Assembly: GCF_002113885.1 (NCBI RefSeq)
Contig: NW_018408893.1
Span: forward strand, 365,073-429,072
Length of the DNA stretch: 64,000 nt
Source: Mizuhopecten yessoensis
Taxonomy: Eukaryota
Direction of reading: 5' to 3'
Shown: in pieces, positions 11,220-23,739 of the stretch
Layout of the letters: every line of letters starts with the position of its first letter
Numbering within the stretch: the stretch's first letter is position 1
Translations under genes and position numbers: made by a program
The notes under the pieces: model-generated
Database searches by the model: none
Seen by the model: only the letters and a program-made list of their open reading frames with translations
What the model was told of the DNA's origin: nothing

Positions 11220-14200
11220 TTAATCCTTCATCTCGCCCTCTTCATCCTCTTCCTCAACTCCTCGGATGTACAGCACATTATTGCATCTACAAAAAACACA
11301 TTACATAAGTCAATAAAAAATGCATCTTGTACTTGTTTAGAAACAAAATCTCTGTAAATAATGTTTAACATGGCATATGGGAGATAGAAAGATGAAAATA
11401 CACTGCTTTGTAATGTGTTGAATTATGACAAACCAGCAGTAAGTAATTAGAAAAGGAACCAAAATTACAAATATTACATGTGATTTTTAACAGACTTACT
11501 GAACCATCAAATTCTACCTAAAATATATTACCTTATTAAGACTTCACCCAGATTTCCTGTGAGGGCACCATCAATGAATTCTTCTGTATTTGCCAACTGA
11601 AAAAAGAAATTGAAAATTAAGTACTCTGGTATTTAAATGAAATTACACAAGCATCATAATACAGTTAACTATAAATAATTGTATCCCTTTCTGCTTATCA
11701 TAATAGTTATTATTAATAATATACAACATTTTACAGTTTAATATTCTACTGTTTTTTTTACATTACAAAGTTATCAAATTTTCATTCTTAATCTAAATAA
11801 TCAACAAGATCGTATAACAATTGCAACATTTTGAAGATGATACATAATTAACTGATAACTGACTATAAACACTGAGCAATGTGTCTATACAATTGGACTG
11901 TACAAAATAATTGCTCCCCCAACTTTAACTCTTTTTATAGATTAGAATTATAGAAGGGCTACAGGCCATGCTGTCAGTGTCATTTGTACATATGCATTTT
12001 GTCATGTTTACCTGTAGGTTCATGTAGCCATCGACTGATACCAAGTAGCCCTTGTATTCCATGCCCCACTTCAGCTTCACCATCACAGGTTTTCCCGTTA
12101 GACCATTCAAGAATGGCTTCGGGTTCATAGGCAGTGTCGACTGAAAGTCAAATCAGATTAATTCAATATAGCCAAACATAAGTTTAAAATAAAAAATCAA
12201 AGATGTTAACAGTGTTTTTTTGGACACAGATATTTGAGTCCCGAAATCAGGCTTTCCTTCGGGATTCACAAACACATTTTGAGATTCTCATTGTAACCTA
12301 AGAATATATATAGATGAGCTATATCAATTACACCTACAAGTAAACATAAAGGACCATCCTGATGAAGCCAGTTGGATATCCAGTTTGAAACAGAAAACAT
12401 GCCTGTGATTGCCATCAGACAAAGATCACTTGGATGCAGGATATGGCATATGGGACCAACACTGTGAGTAAGGACTAAATCTTTTCATGAACATCAATCT
12501 TGTTTCAACAAATGTGTTTCTTTTAATCTTTTTGTAGATGAAGTGAGTGGATACTGTGATGGACATTCATACTAGCCACTAGCCAAAAGCCTATAGGGAT
12601 TATGATTTAAATGTTAGAGTTAGTTTAATTTTCAATTAACAAAAAAAAGTAACAATGAAACCTGAGCCTGGACTTTTGGTTTGTACTCTATGTGTACTAT
12701 ATATATATAGTAACAGTAAACAGATCATTACTGCATACTTTTGAAGCACTGTGCTTTCAATCTGATATCAGGGTGGAAAACTTAACCCTTTCACCTGAGT
12801 AACTTCAGTAGACTTTACCGTGCATTGATCTGGAGAAATTCTTATTGGTCTCCAGGCCGAGATGAAATGGTTAACAAACAAGAGGCCCATGGGCCTTAAC
12901 GGTCACCTGATATATTTATACAGAGAGTTGATTTTGTTTTTAACATGAACAGAAATATTATTCAAAGTGACAAAAAACAATAAAACCACCTTATTCAATA
13001 TCTAGCATACAGATTTAAGACTAAAAAGTATTTGAAACTAGCACCTCTGATTCTAAACAAGGAAAATGAGAAATTTTAGCACACTGACTCCTTTGGGCCC
13101 CACCCATCAGCCCGGGGGTAGGGCTGGCTCAAAATGTTCAAAGTATCAAACTCTCAACTCAAGGTTATAATTCCAATCAAGTTAATAACATGTAATATTC
13201 AAAGTATCATTTGCCATTATAAACCACAATAAATTTTGCCGCCCCCCCCCCCTTCCTTCCCCAGGGTGTAAATGTGAGACCCTAGGGTCATAAACCTTAA
13301 GACCCAGACCCTTCCATCTATGGAGAGTATTTGATTCTACCATATCTTGGTCTTGAGAAGAAGATTTTTGAAATTTTAGTTAATTTGACCCTTTTTGGCC
13401 CCACCCATCAGCCCGGGGGTCAGTCAGGGCTGATATGTGCATACTATCAAACTGCTACCTAATATTGATAATGCTAACCTAAATTGAATTACTTCCAATG
13501 GAAATTAAACAAATGTTGGTCCAAAATGTGATTTCCCTATATAAACTATAGTAAAGTTTACCCCCTCCCCAGGGGGAAACGTGAGACCCCAGGGTCAAGA
13601 AATTCACAATTTCGGTAAAGCACCTTAAGACCCTTCCATCTATGAAGAGTATTTGATTCTACCATATCTGGGTCTTGAGAAGAAGATTTTTGAAATTTCA
13701 GTCAATTCAACCCTTTTTGGCCCCACCCATCAGCCCCTGGGGGTCAGTCAGGGCTCATAGGTGCATACTATCAAACTGCTACCTAATACTGATAATGCTA
13801 ACCCAAATTGAATTACTTCCAATGGAAATTAAACAAATGTTGGTCCAAAATGTGATTTCCCTATATAAACTATAGTAAAGTTTACCCCCTCCCCAGGGGG
13901 AAACGTGAGACCCCAGGGTCAAGAAATTCACAATTTCGGTAAAGCACCTTAAGACCCTTCCATCTATGAAGAGTATTTGATTCTACCATATCTGGGTCTT
14001 GAGAAGAAGATTTTTGAAATTTCAGTCAATTCAACCCTTTTTGGCCCCACCCATCAGCCCCTGGGGGTCAGTCAGGGCTCATAGGTGCATACTATCAAAC
14101 TGCTACCTAATACTGATAATGCTAACCCAAATTGAATTACTTCCAATGGAAATTAAACAAATGTTGGTCCAAAATGTGATTTCCCTATATAAACTATAGT

Positions 14201-17175
14201 AAAGTTTACCCCCTTCCCCAGGGGAAAACGTGAGACCCCAGGGTCAAGATATTCACAATTTTGGTAAACCACCTTAAGACCCTTCCATCTATGAAGAGTA
14301 TTTGATTCTACCATATCTGGGTCTTGAGAAAGAGATTTTCGAAATTTTAGTCAATTTGACCCTTTTTGGCCCCACCCCTCAGGCCCCTGGGGGCTTGGGA
14401 CTAAACCGGCAACTATTTTTGTTGACCTTTGTCCATGGAAGGTTCCTGCAAAATTTCATTGAAATTGGTTCAGTGGTTTTGGAGAAGAAGTCGAAAATGT
14501 AAATTGTTTACGGACGCACGACGGACAAAAGGCTATCGCAATAGGTCACTTGAGACTTTGTCTCAGGTGACCTAAAAATGCATGAATAACTCGCTTAAAT
14601 GGCTAAAAAAATGGTTTTGCTCACAATTTATGTAATAATATGGATTGATCCCATTTAAGTAAAATGGTTATTCTTTTATTCAGCCTGCAGTGTAACTATT
14701 CAAGTAGTGTATTAAATTAACACTATAAAGGCCACGTTATCCGTTTCACATCAGAAATGAAGACATGTTAAAATACAATGTTTTTTTCGTATATTTAAAA
14801 GCTTAACAGGGTCAATATAAAATATCCTTAATTGATCTTGTTGAACAATTAAAAGCAGAATATTATGATACAAATGTTTGACAAAATACAAATTTTGAAA
14901 ATTGGTGTCTCAGCAAAGGGAAAATCAGCTGTTGAAAATATGAGTTTCATACAATACATATAAGTATCTTCAAGGCAACCTCTCACACTGTTGAAGTAAC
15001 TCAAAAACTGCTAGCCTATATAATATCTCATAGAGAGTGAGGTGGGTCTTCAAGAGCCACATTACACAAGATTGTATATGGCTAGCTAGTACATACATTT
15101 GGAAATAGTTAAAAAATATTCTTTGCATTAATTGTGATAATTAATCAATTTCTGGAACTTTATCTCTTTTGAGAAAAAACAATAAAGGTGAAATATTTAA
15201 AATAGAACAACAGTACTAGTACTACCACAGTGTTTGGATAGTAAAAATGGACAAACCAGGATATAAACGGGGTACAGATCTGTCATAATGTTTCGGTACT
15301 TCGGCATTTCAATTCAGCACCATGCAAGATGTTACGGTACTTCCCAAAAGTTGTTTTGGTATTTTATAGGATAATCAGCACTTGAACTATTTTTGTAAAT
15401 TTTGTACATTGTTTTCTTTTTGTGTCCCGAGTGCTGCTGTTTTTGTTTTTTCAGAGTTTTAAGTATTTTCTTGCTCTACAAAAAGAAAGCACAGAAACAT
15501 CCTAAATCTCATTTAACGAAATGCCTATCCCGAGTTTCCTCTGGCCCCGACACCAGACTTTAAACATTTTGACGGATAGATGTCTGTTGTGAGACCAGAG
15601 CATGGAATTCTCTGACACCGTTTGGTATCAGAGAGTTCAAAAATCTACTATGACACAACACATACCTCACATATATCGGTAAATTGATTATTTATTGATC
15701 CAAATCAGCTCTTATTATCACCAACAGCTGCTAAAATCCGTCAGTCGAGTCCTCGATTTTCAACCGTTCAAAATTTCCCATCTGAGCAAACGCCACCGTG
15801 TAGGTCATGGAGGGACTAAATTAGCAAACAGTACTGATCCGGACCGAAAACAGAATATATTATTCTTGTTTTAGAAGATTTCTGGACCGCATCTTTTTGT
15901 TGATAAGTCACTCCCCGATACCAAACAGTGTTGGAGAATTCCACGTTTTCATATAGCAGTGCACCCTGTCCCCTCACCAGACATCTAAATACTGACTATC
16001 CGTCAAAATGTTTAAGTCTGATGTCAGGGCTACTCCAAAATTGTTAGAGGTTTACACGGCGAGATACTTTTGACAGGCGCTGTCTGTAAAATCATATCCA
16101 ATAGAAAAAAGGCCTATGTTATAGGCCAGAGGAAACTCGGCCTACGAAACGCCTAGCTGCGATAACGTAGCTTTCTGACGACGAGAGATTTTTTTTATAT
16201 AATGCGTGGCCGACGCCTAGTACTACGAAACGCCTAGAATATGATCTGAACAATGTAGTGGACCTTCGATCAGAGTAAGTCTGTCGCACTACACAACTGA
16301 GCAGTAGTTCCTTATAGTCCAAACTTGAAGATGTGAATTATACTTTTTTGGGGGGTTTTGACTGCAGCGGGACATATATCCTTAATATACAGGTCCAGTA
16401 CACTCTGCCGATTGAGCTATATAACTGTAAAGACCTATAATAGCTCTATTGACCTATCTGAAATAGATCTTTTGAGCTATTTTCCAGTGATTTTCTTTTT
16501 TAAGGAAAACAAAACAAAGTCACTTTTAAAAGAAGATTGTATCATTAGGTCGATAACAAAAGACCTTAAATATAAGGATGGTTTTTAAAAAATAATTTAA
16601 AATCGGAAAATTGATGTAAAAAATCGGAAATTTTTACATTTATGAAATATGAAAATAAACATCTAACTGTATGTTTTTTGTAGTCAACATAGTTTTATGT
16701 GACTTTGCTTTAATTCGATGAAAATTGAAATCTGAGAAAATATAGCTCAATACAGCTATAATTTATATGTGCATATAGCTATATAGGTCGTTATAGCTAT
16801 ATAGCTCAATCGGCAGAGTGTACTTAACCTATATAGTGATATATACAAATGAATGCATAAAGGTAGACAACCCGGTAAAATTAAATAATTTCGGCAACAT
16901 TTTACTTTTAATGTAAATATCATTCCAACAGGTATTTTTGTTTTCCTGGTTTAAGCAAATGAGACATTAAGACAAAATACATTTATCTGTCATATTATGG
17001 GCAAATGTAACGTCCCTCCCAATCCCCCTCCCCCCGTTTTTCACTCAACGTGAAGTGCCGGTCTTCCTGAAAAACGTTCCATAATGACGCATTTTAAGCA
17101 ACATAAAACCTCCAGTTATTTGAGTTGTTTTGATGTACATGTTCGAACTCTTTATGTTTCAATAATTACCGTCAT
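11220..17175 (-). CDS. SNRPF: Small nuclear ribonucleoprotein F (SmF); coding exons 17175-17170, 12140-12012, 11596-11532, 11286-11220
   Basis: Spliced product [88 protein letters not shown] is clearly SmF. All introns are GT-AG with consistent phases. The 6-nt first exon (ATG ACG|gtaatt) is the least certain part. AATAAA lies at 11180-11175 (-). Confidence 0.95.
12786..12870. mobile_element. Tiny piggyBac-like MITE (degenerate)
   Basis: TTAA-ccctttca...tgaaatgg-TTAA; same architecture as 52308-52390. Confidence 0.5.
12877..14578 (-). mobile_element. HINE family B in SNRPF intron 1, carrying a 324-bp higher-order tandem repeat
   Basis: Ends are aacaagaggcccatgggccttaacggtcacctga and aggtcacttgag..ctcaggtgacctaaaaa (reverse of 668-1386). 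The ORFs at 13675 and 13999 translate identically, 324 bp apart. Confidence 0.9.
15526..16144. mobile_element. Long-TIR foldback non-autonomous DNA transposon with a 9-bp TSD (AcademH-like candidate)
   Basis: TIR ta(t)cccgagtttcctctggcc.. / ..ggccagaggaaactcggccta; inner inverted repeat 15601-15635 / 15910-15945; flanks cgaaatgcc (15517-15525) and cgaaacgcc (16145-16153). Confidence 0.8.
16401..16820. mobile_element. MITE with TA TSD (Tc1/mariner-type)
   Basis: TA-cactctgccgattgagctatata ... tatatagctcaatcggcagagtg-TA; 23-bp perfect TIR with an imperfect extension. Confidence 0.85.
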
Positions 17176-17535
17176 GATTGCAGAAGAATTCGCCGAATTT
17201 GTCCTTTATGTTTTCGTTCCAAAAGCGTGGTCTAAACGTATGACATGCGCTGCATTTGCTTCCGGTTATCCAGTTTATTTAAAACAACTTTATATGCGGA
17301 ACGAAACGATGTAATCAGATAACATATTTCAACACTCTTATCTTCATTTACTTGTTCGCAAAATAGTATGTAACAATTATTAATACATCAAAATTAAGTT
17401 GTATACAAGCCTAAACAAATACAAGGAAAAATAATTCAGAAGTGTTCCGCTTGTAAATACAATCTGATATATTACAGCTCTCTTTGCAGTTCTATTGCAT
17501 TAACTGCAAAAGGCGGTTGTTCAGCTGTATTGTCC
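17176..17535. promoter_or_regulatory. Bidirectional promoter between SNRPF and MED20
   Basis: The divergent start codons are ~360 bp apart. The region is CpG-richer than its flanks and has an ETS-like CTTCCGG at ~17259. Confidence 0.7.
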
Positions 17536-20500
17536 ATGATGGGTGTCGTCTGGTAAGAATCAATTTGAAAATAATGCGACATTATTTGATTTTACAAAAC
17601 ATGTACCACATCATAAAATCGAATAAAACGGATGCAATCAGAGTCTTACGCTAGAGACATGTGTGGAGGCGACACAAATTTCTACTTTCATTTTCCAAAT
17701 GTCATGATCAGTACCAGTAGGCCTAATAGATCTAGATTGGACTCTGCCTAAACTAAATGAGCCCCGGTTACAAATATTTCATATGCATTCTCCTAAGGGT
17801 TACAGTTTGACTATCCCTTCCCAAACTTGCCAATGTGATGGTTAAAAGAGGGGCAATAGCTTCCCTAAATAATTTTTTTTTATTTAGTGGAACTGAAATG
17901 GGTACAGTACTAGCCTCATCTGTCAATACATATATACATAATTATCCTCGTGTTACCGGTTTCCGCGCACTTAAGAAGCATCCGCGATTTCGTACTCAGA
18001 TCGGCAGAAAACTGTTGAAATTACGGATGACTGTCATAAACATGTAGACAATCTACTAATGGAAACAAGAAACTAGCAATATAAAACTGTATTTTAAAAA
18101 AAATCAGAACAAACAATTTTAAACAAAGTTCTCCCGTCGGAAATAGCCGTCATATGTTTCTGTGTGTGTATTTTGATTTAGTGTTCACAGAAAGATAACT
18201 TGAATACATTAAAAAGAAATTCTCTACAATGACCTGCAAGATTAAAAGCTTCGTTTGGAATAAAAAAAACACCACTTTGATCGTCAAAATAATTATCAAA
18301 ACATTTTTTTTTAAATTTCACATTTTTAATTGATTTTTCAATATGTCAACTTGAACGAATTTATGGGTTTTTTTTGTTTTTGTTTTTTATAAAAGAATCT
18401 GTATTTTTTCTTTTTTTCTGCAGGCTTATTTCTCATTTTGTTCTGTTTAAAATTGGTGAAAATTGGAAGTTCATTGCATTACAAAGTGCAAGGTTTATGT
18501 TTTATTGAAAACACTGTTTATCGAATAATAATGTCTCCTTGGCTCTTTGTTAGTGGAAAAAGTCTGTGAGGAGATGTGGCCTCATTTGCATACAACATTT
18601 TCATACGTTTGTCAGACTACAAAAAAGACTGGTTCATGAATGAAATATATCACCGTTTTTCCAGGTATGGGCAAATTTTGAGCAAGATAAAAAGTGTTTT
18701 TTTAATCTGTGATTAATTCCTATGTTTTCCGGCCGAACTTCCGGTAATTTTTGTGTCAGTTTACAGACGATGGCCAAACGTCCCTGTGTAGTGTCCAGCA
18801 GATCATGTAGTTACGAGATGTAGCTTGATAAAATGGCTGCGTGGAAATACATAACGCGCAGAAACATATGACTAGATGATACTGTATGGGAGTATTGCCA
18901 GAAGAGGCTAGTACGGTCGTTCTTCGGCGCCCAGGTAGCCCAATTGGTAAAGTCTCCATCTAGAGTTCCAAAGGTTCCAGTTTCGAACCCTGGTCTGGCC
19001 ATGCATTAAATTTTCCGCTTCTATATATATATATCACAGGAATTTAAGAGAGAGTAGATCAGGTTGGGAACAACCCCTTATACAATGTATATGGGATTCC
19101 GGAAATAATCCTGCATTTGGGTAACAGTTTTAAGGTGGGTGAGGGTACCCGAAATGCAGCATTTTAATTTTTGTATTATGAATGAATAGTATTAATTCTT
19201 ATTCATATTTCATATCGATTTAGGAATTTGGAGCAAATTTCATTAGTCTAGTCCTCTAAGTGTGTTGCTCAAAAACCCATTTGAAAATATTAAACAGCTG
19301 AAGTGAAAAGGAAAATCCCGGAAAACACTACTGTTCGACTACATAGATATCCAATAACATTAAAAATGTGGAAAATTATTTTTTACAATCATGCAGAGAT
19401 ATTTAGGCAGGTTTATTTACCATAACACAGGCATGAAGATCACAGATAATGCTTCTGGTTCGTTGTGCACAAATGTAGTGCATTTCTCAATTTTTAGCTC
19501 ATTTATAAATGGGGTTTTCCTTTTTTCATGTGAAGAAAATGAAACTGCATGTCATATCAAAATGGAACACGATCTTTCCCCTTTATCTAACGTGGTTGAT
19601 TAGTTTGTGTTATATTTATTATGGTGGAAGGATATGGTATGTTGCTGGGCCCCTGATCATGGATTTTCAGGGTCATACAGTACAATAGAGTTATCTTGAC
19701 ATCATATAAATTATCTTGAAAAGTTATGAAAAGTTTTTCATCCCACCACAAATGTGTCTATAGCTAGGAAAGCTGAACAAAACCTATTAAGATCAGGTCT
19801 CAAGCTAAATTACAGAATGTTTTTAAAACGGTTTTGCCCTGGTAATAACATTAAAAAAAAATTGTGGTCTGAGGTCTGATACACTGAGTCTAGATCCATT
19901 TCAATTTTTTTTTAAGGATTCCTGCACCATTGCAAAAAGGGTATGCATCAAATACCTACTCCCAACATGATCATAGCTTTGATTTTTTAAAGAAAACCAT
20001 TCCTACAACTTTAATGAAAAAATAACAAAGATGAAGGAAACAAATGTGTTCTGAGTGTTTAAAATGCAACAGGGCCAAACCAGTATTTGAAACCTAGCTC
20101 ATTCGACCTTATACAGTAACCTCAAATCTACTGAGTTACCTCATCACCTGTAGTGATCTGAATTTTAATGTTATATATTGCAGTGTTTATGCTTACAACA
20201 TACCAGAGGGCAAGAGTGGGCAGCAGGTGGTAGACAGTCTACAAAAACAGATGGATATAATCGGCGCAACCAAGACGGGCAACTTCTGTGTGGACTGTGA
20301 AACATACCAGTCTCATCCGCAAAATGGTAATACAAAAATACATTTATATTTGCGTTGCAACCCACTACATGTATATAAACATAGCCAGCAAAAATGTTTT
20401 TTATTCGAGTATGAAAACATAAACTCTTGTGAAGTAACACATGGTTAACTTCATACTTCAAAGATTAACCTTGTTCAATGAGAGTCTTGTCGCTACGCTT

Positions 20501-23500
20501 CGGATAACATGGAGAATGCCCCTGCGTCAAACACTCAAATGACTACGGTTAATTGTTGGCCCAAATTTTCTTTAAATAGGTCTGTTCTGCCAATGTCGTT
20601 TAAAGGACAACGCATATACAAAACGCAGTAAATAAATAAATTATTTAAGAACAAATAAATAAAATGAAACAATTTTTCTATAATAAAAATATAAATATAT
20701 GGATTGAAATGCGTTTTTTTAAATTTTCATGTCGGTATGAAAGCAAATCAGTTACATCCATATTAAAAAAGAAGTCCTAGCGTGCTTCATGCAATATCGA
20801 TCTAACCAATTTTTCCTTGATACTGGCATGAAAATTTAAAAAACGCCATCCAATCCCTATGTGGTAGATTTCATTGCTAGTTAACTATTCACTTCTTTAA
20901 TTTGGCTTCTCATCATATTGAGTTCATAACAACCATGTTTGTGGTAGACATGTTTTACTGTACACATGGTATATTTACAAATCGTAAGAAATAGACTTGC
21001 CTGTATGTTAGAGTCAGTCCATTACCTTGAAGGATTCCTTCAACAGCAAAGTTGTTATGTAGTTCACTACCTTCTGAATATTCTCAGTGACCGCCTGTCT
21101 CTTTGTATTTATAGGCTTTTGTTTGTTTGGCACCCAAAGTTTCAGCAAGTGTATTTTTTAGTGGACAATGTCAGTGTTTATAAATTAATAAATTATTATC
21201 CTTCATAGGTTTTGTTTCTTTGTTACTTAAACACAAAACATCAATGCATGTTGTTGTAAAGGTTTTGATGTGACCAAGCTGTCATAAGTATACTGTGTAT
21301 TTTATACTTTTTTCTGAATGTCTAAATATTCCTGGTAAAAGGCTATAGCTACCCAGTTGTGGCTTATCCAAATGCTCCTGCTTGTTACTTTAACCATGTG
21401 TCAGAAATGTGTTTAGTTATCAATTGATGTGTTGGAAAACCAAATTGATGTAGTTATGAACTCATTACTTTTTTAGCTCAACAGAGGTCCATACACATCC
21501 TACACAACAGTGAGCAGCCAGCGACCTGTTTTTCTGTGCTGGACTCCGGGACTGTATTAGTGTCTGATATGTTATTTGACTTAATTATGAACACGATGAC
21601 TCAAGCAAAGTCAGGACGTGAAGGATTCTTCCAGCAGAGAAAAGGTTTTAAAATAGAATCTCGTGGCCAGCGATATGAATTGGCAGACTTTGTTATTAAG
21701 ATTGGTTCTGTGTCCCTGATGGCAAACTTTAAAGGCGTTCTCATAGAGGTAAGATCTGATTTAGTTTGGTATACTATGTAAGGTGTTAGTTAATACAAGT
21801 ATTTTGCTGTGTTAAATAGTCTGCTAGGTGAGAATGAAAATAAATTAAGGGTAAAAATATATGTACAGTTGTGTGATGGCACATTGCACCAAAGACATTG
21901 CATGCTTTAAGTGCAAATATAAGTCATGCCCAACTGCTGTATACTGGGAAATTTTCGCCCAATCAAACTTTTGCCCTATGCCCATGAAATCAATTTTCGC
22001 CCAGTGTTAATTTCGCCCTCACATTTTATAACTATGCTTATGATGGGTTTACATATATATGCTGTAATGATAAGTTTGCCCTCATTACAGAGGGTGTGTA
22101 ATGAGGGCGAAAAAGGTGAAAATTAATCTGCAGCGAACCCAGTATACAGTAGTGTGCACAATCCTTCATTTGATACTCGTTCATCAGATTTTGTACCAGA
22201 CATTTTTACACCTGGGCAAGTTGAGTACCCGGGGTTACAATGTTGTCCACCAGTACCCAGCTGTCTTAGGTCTCATACAATATATGTTACAATTCAAATC
22301 ATACTGGCTTTTTCTTGGTAGATCACCTGGCCGTCCGTCCATCCAACTGTCCCGCATACATATTTTACTATAAACAACTTCTTCTTAATAACCAAGAGGC
22401 CTAGGGTGATGATATTTGGCCAGAAGCAAACGGAAATGAAGGGCTACCAAGTTGTTCAAATAAATGACCTTCACCTATTTTCAAGGTCACAGGGGTCAAA
22501 TATGATAAAAACTTTAAACAACTTTTGAATAACCAAAATGCCCAGGGTGATATTTGGCCAGAAGGATGCTGGGATGAAAGGCTACCAAGTTTGTTCAAAT
22601 GAATTACCTTCATTTATTTTCAAGGTCACAGGAGTCAATTGTCTTAGAATTTTTTTAAACAACTTCTGAATATCTAAAATACCTAGGATACCGTAATGGT
22701 ATTTGGCCAGTAACATGCTGGGATAAAGGGCTACCAAGTTTGTTCAAACAAATGACCTAAGTCCTTGATATCTATTCAAGGTCACAGGGTTCAAATATGT
22801 TTTAAACCTTTAGAAAGACTTATGAATAATCAAGAGCCCTAGGATAATGATATTTGGTCAGTAATTTGCTGAGATGAAGCGCTTCCCAGTTTGTTTAAAT
22901 GAATGACCTTTACTTATATTCAAGGTCACAATGGTGAAATATGTTTAAAACCTTTAAACAACTTCTTCTCAATAACTGAAAGTCCTAGGATATTGATATT
23001 TGGCCAGTAACATGCTGGGATGAAGGACTACAAAGTTTGTTAAAATGAATGACCTTTGTCCATATTCAAGGTCACAGTGGTCTATATATGTTTAAATCTT
23101 TAAATGACTTGTTCTGTATAACCAAAAGGTCCAGGGTTATGATATTTGCCAAAAACATGCTGGGTTGGAAGACTATAAACTCTGTTCAACCTAATGTCCA
23201 TGTTCTACATTCAAGGTCACAGGCGTCATATGGTTAAATCTTTTAATAGGTTCTTATGAATCAAACACTGATATCCTGCCTGTAGCTGTATTTTAGTCCA
23301 CTTTTAAGATTACAAGTGTGAGATTAATACCAGGTGAGCGATGCAGGCCCATTGGGCCTCTTGTTTTCTGCCTTGTGCTCAAGTAGAACATTAATTTCTA
23401 AATGAGAAAACAGCCATATAAAAATAATGTCAGTCCTGATTATGTCCAGGTTTATGTGTGCATGAGCAGGACTGTCAGGTGTGTGGTTCACATGTGAACT

Positions 23501-23739
23501 GATGTAGGTTATTTGTTTCATTTCAGGTTGAATATTGTCCTTCTCAAGTTCCGGGTGATTGTTGGAATCTGATGAAGGAAATTTTACAGAGCATTGTGGG
23601 TAATACAGCTGATACTCCACCATCATACATAAAAACTAAAATGGACTCTCTATACACTCCTGCAGACACTATCAACCAGTACCTGGAGCACTTCAATGCC
23701 TTCAGAAAAACTGCCACTCCTGGGCAGCAGAACAGATGA
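17536..23739 (+). CDS. MED20: Mediator complex subunit 20; coding exons 17536-17552, 20184-20326, 21477-21748, 23527-23739
   Basis: Spliced product (M)MGVVCVYAYNIPEGKSGQQVVDSLQKQMDIIGATKTGNFCVDCETY...HILHNSEQPATCF...KIESRGQRYELADFVIKIGSV...[28 protein letters not shown]...YTPADTINQYLEHFNAFRK... matches metazoan MED20 motifs. Introns are GT-AG and in phase. AATAAA lies at 23770-23775. Confidence 0.95.
18929..19001 (+). other. tRNA-derived pseudogene/SINE head within a dispersed repeat in MED20 intron 1
   Basis: 73 nt with an A-box-like tagcccaattgg and a B-box-like gtttcgaacc. The acceptor stem pairs 6/7 (counting G-U) but the anticodon stem does not pair, so it is not a functional tRNA. Confidence 0.65.
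21937..22149. mobile_element. Short MITE in MED20 intron 3
   Basis: ctgtatactggg ... cccagtatacag TIR, with repeated ttttcgccc motifs on the left and gggcgaaaa on the right. Confidence 0.65.
22310..23366 (+). mobile_element. HINE family A in MED20 intron 3 (~6 monomers)
   Basis: caaggtcaca at ~22482, 22621, 22777, 22921, 23068 and 23212; 3' end caggtgagcgatgcaggcccattgggcctcttgttt. Confidence 0.85.

Noticed and set aside
12359-12395. CTGATGA...GAAAC hammerhead-like core
   Set aside because: Stem II does not close properly and I could not find pairing for stems I and III.
13675-14502. Two identical 66-aa ORFs and a related third
   Set aside because: They are translations of the 324-bp repeat inside a HINE, not a gene family.
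18929-19001. Functional tRNA gene
   Set aside because: The anticodon stem is unpaired and the unit is embedded in a repeat; kept only as a tRNA-derived element.
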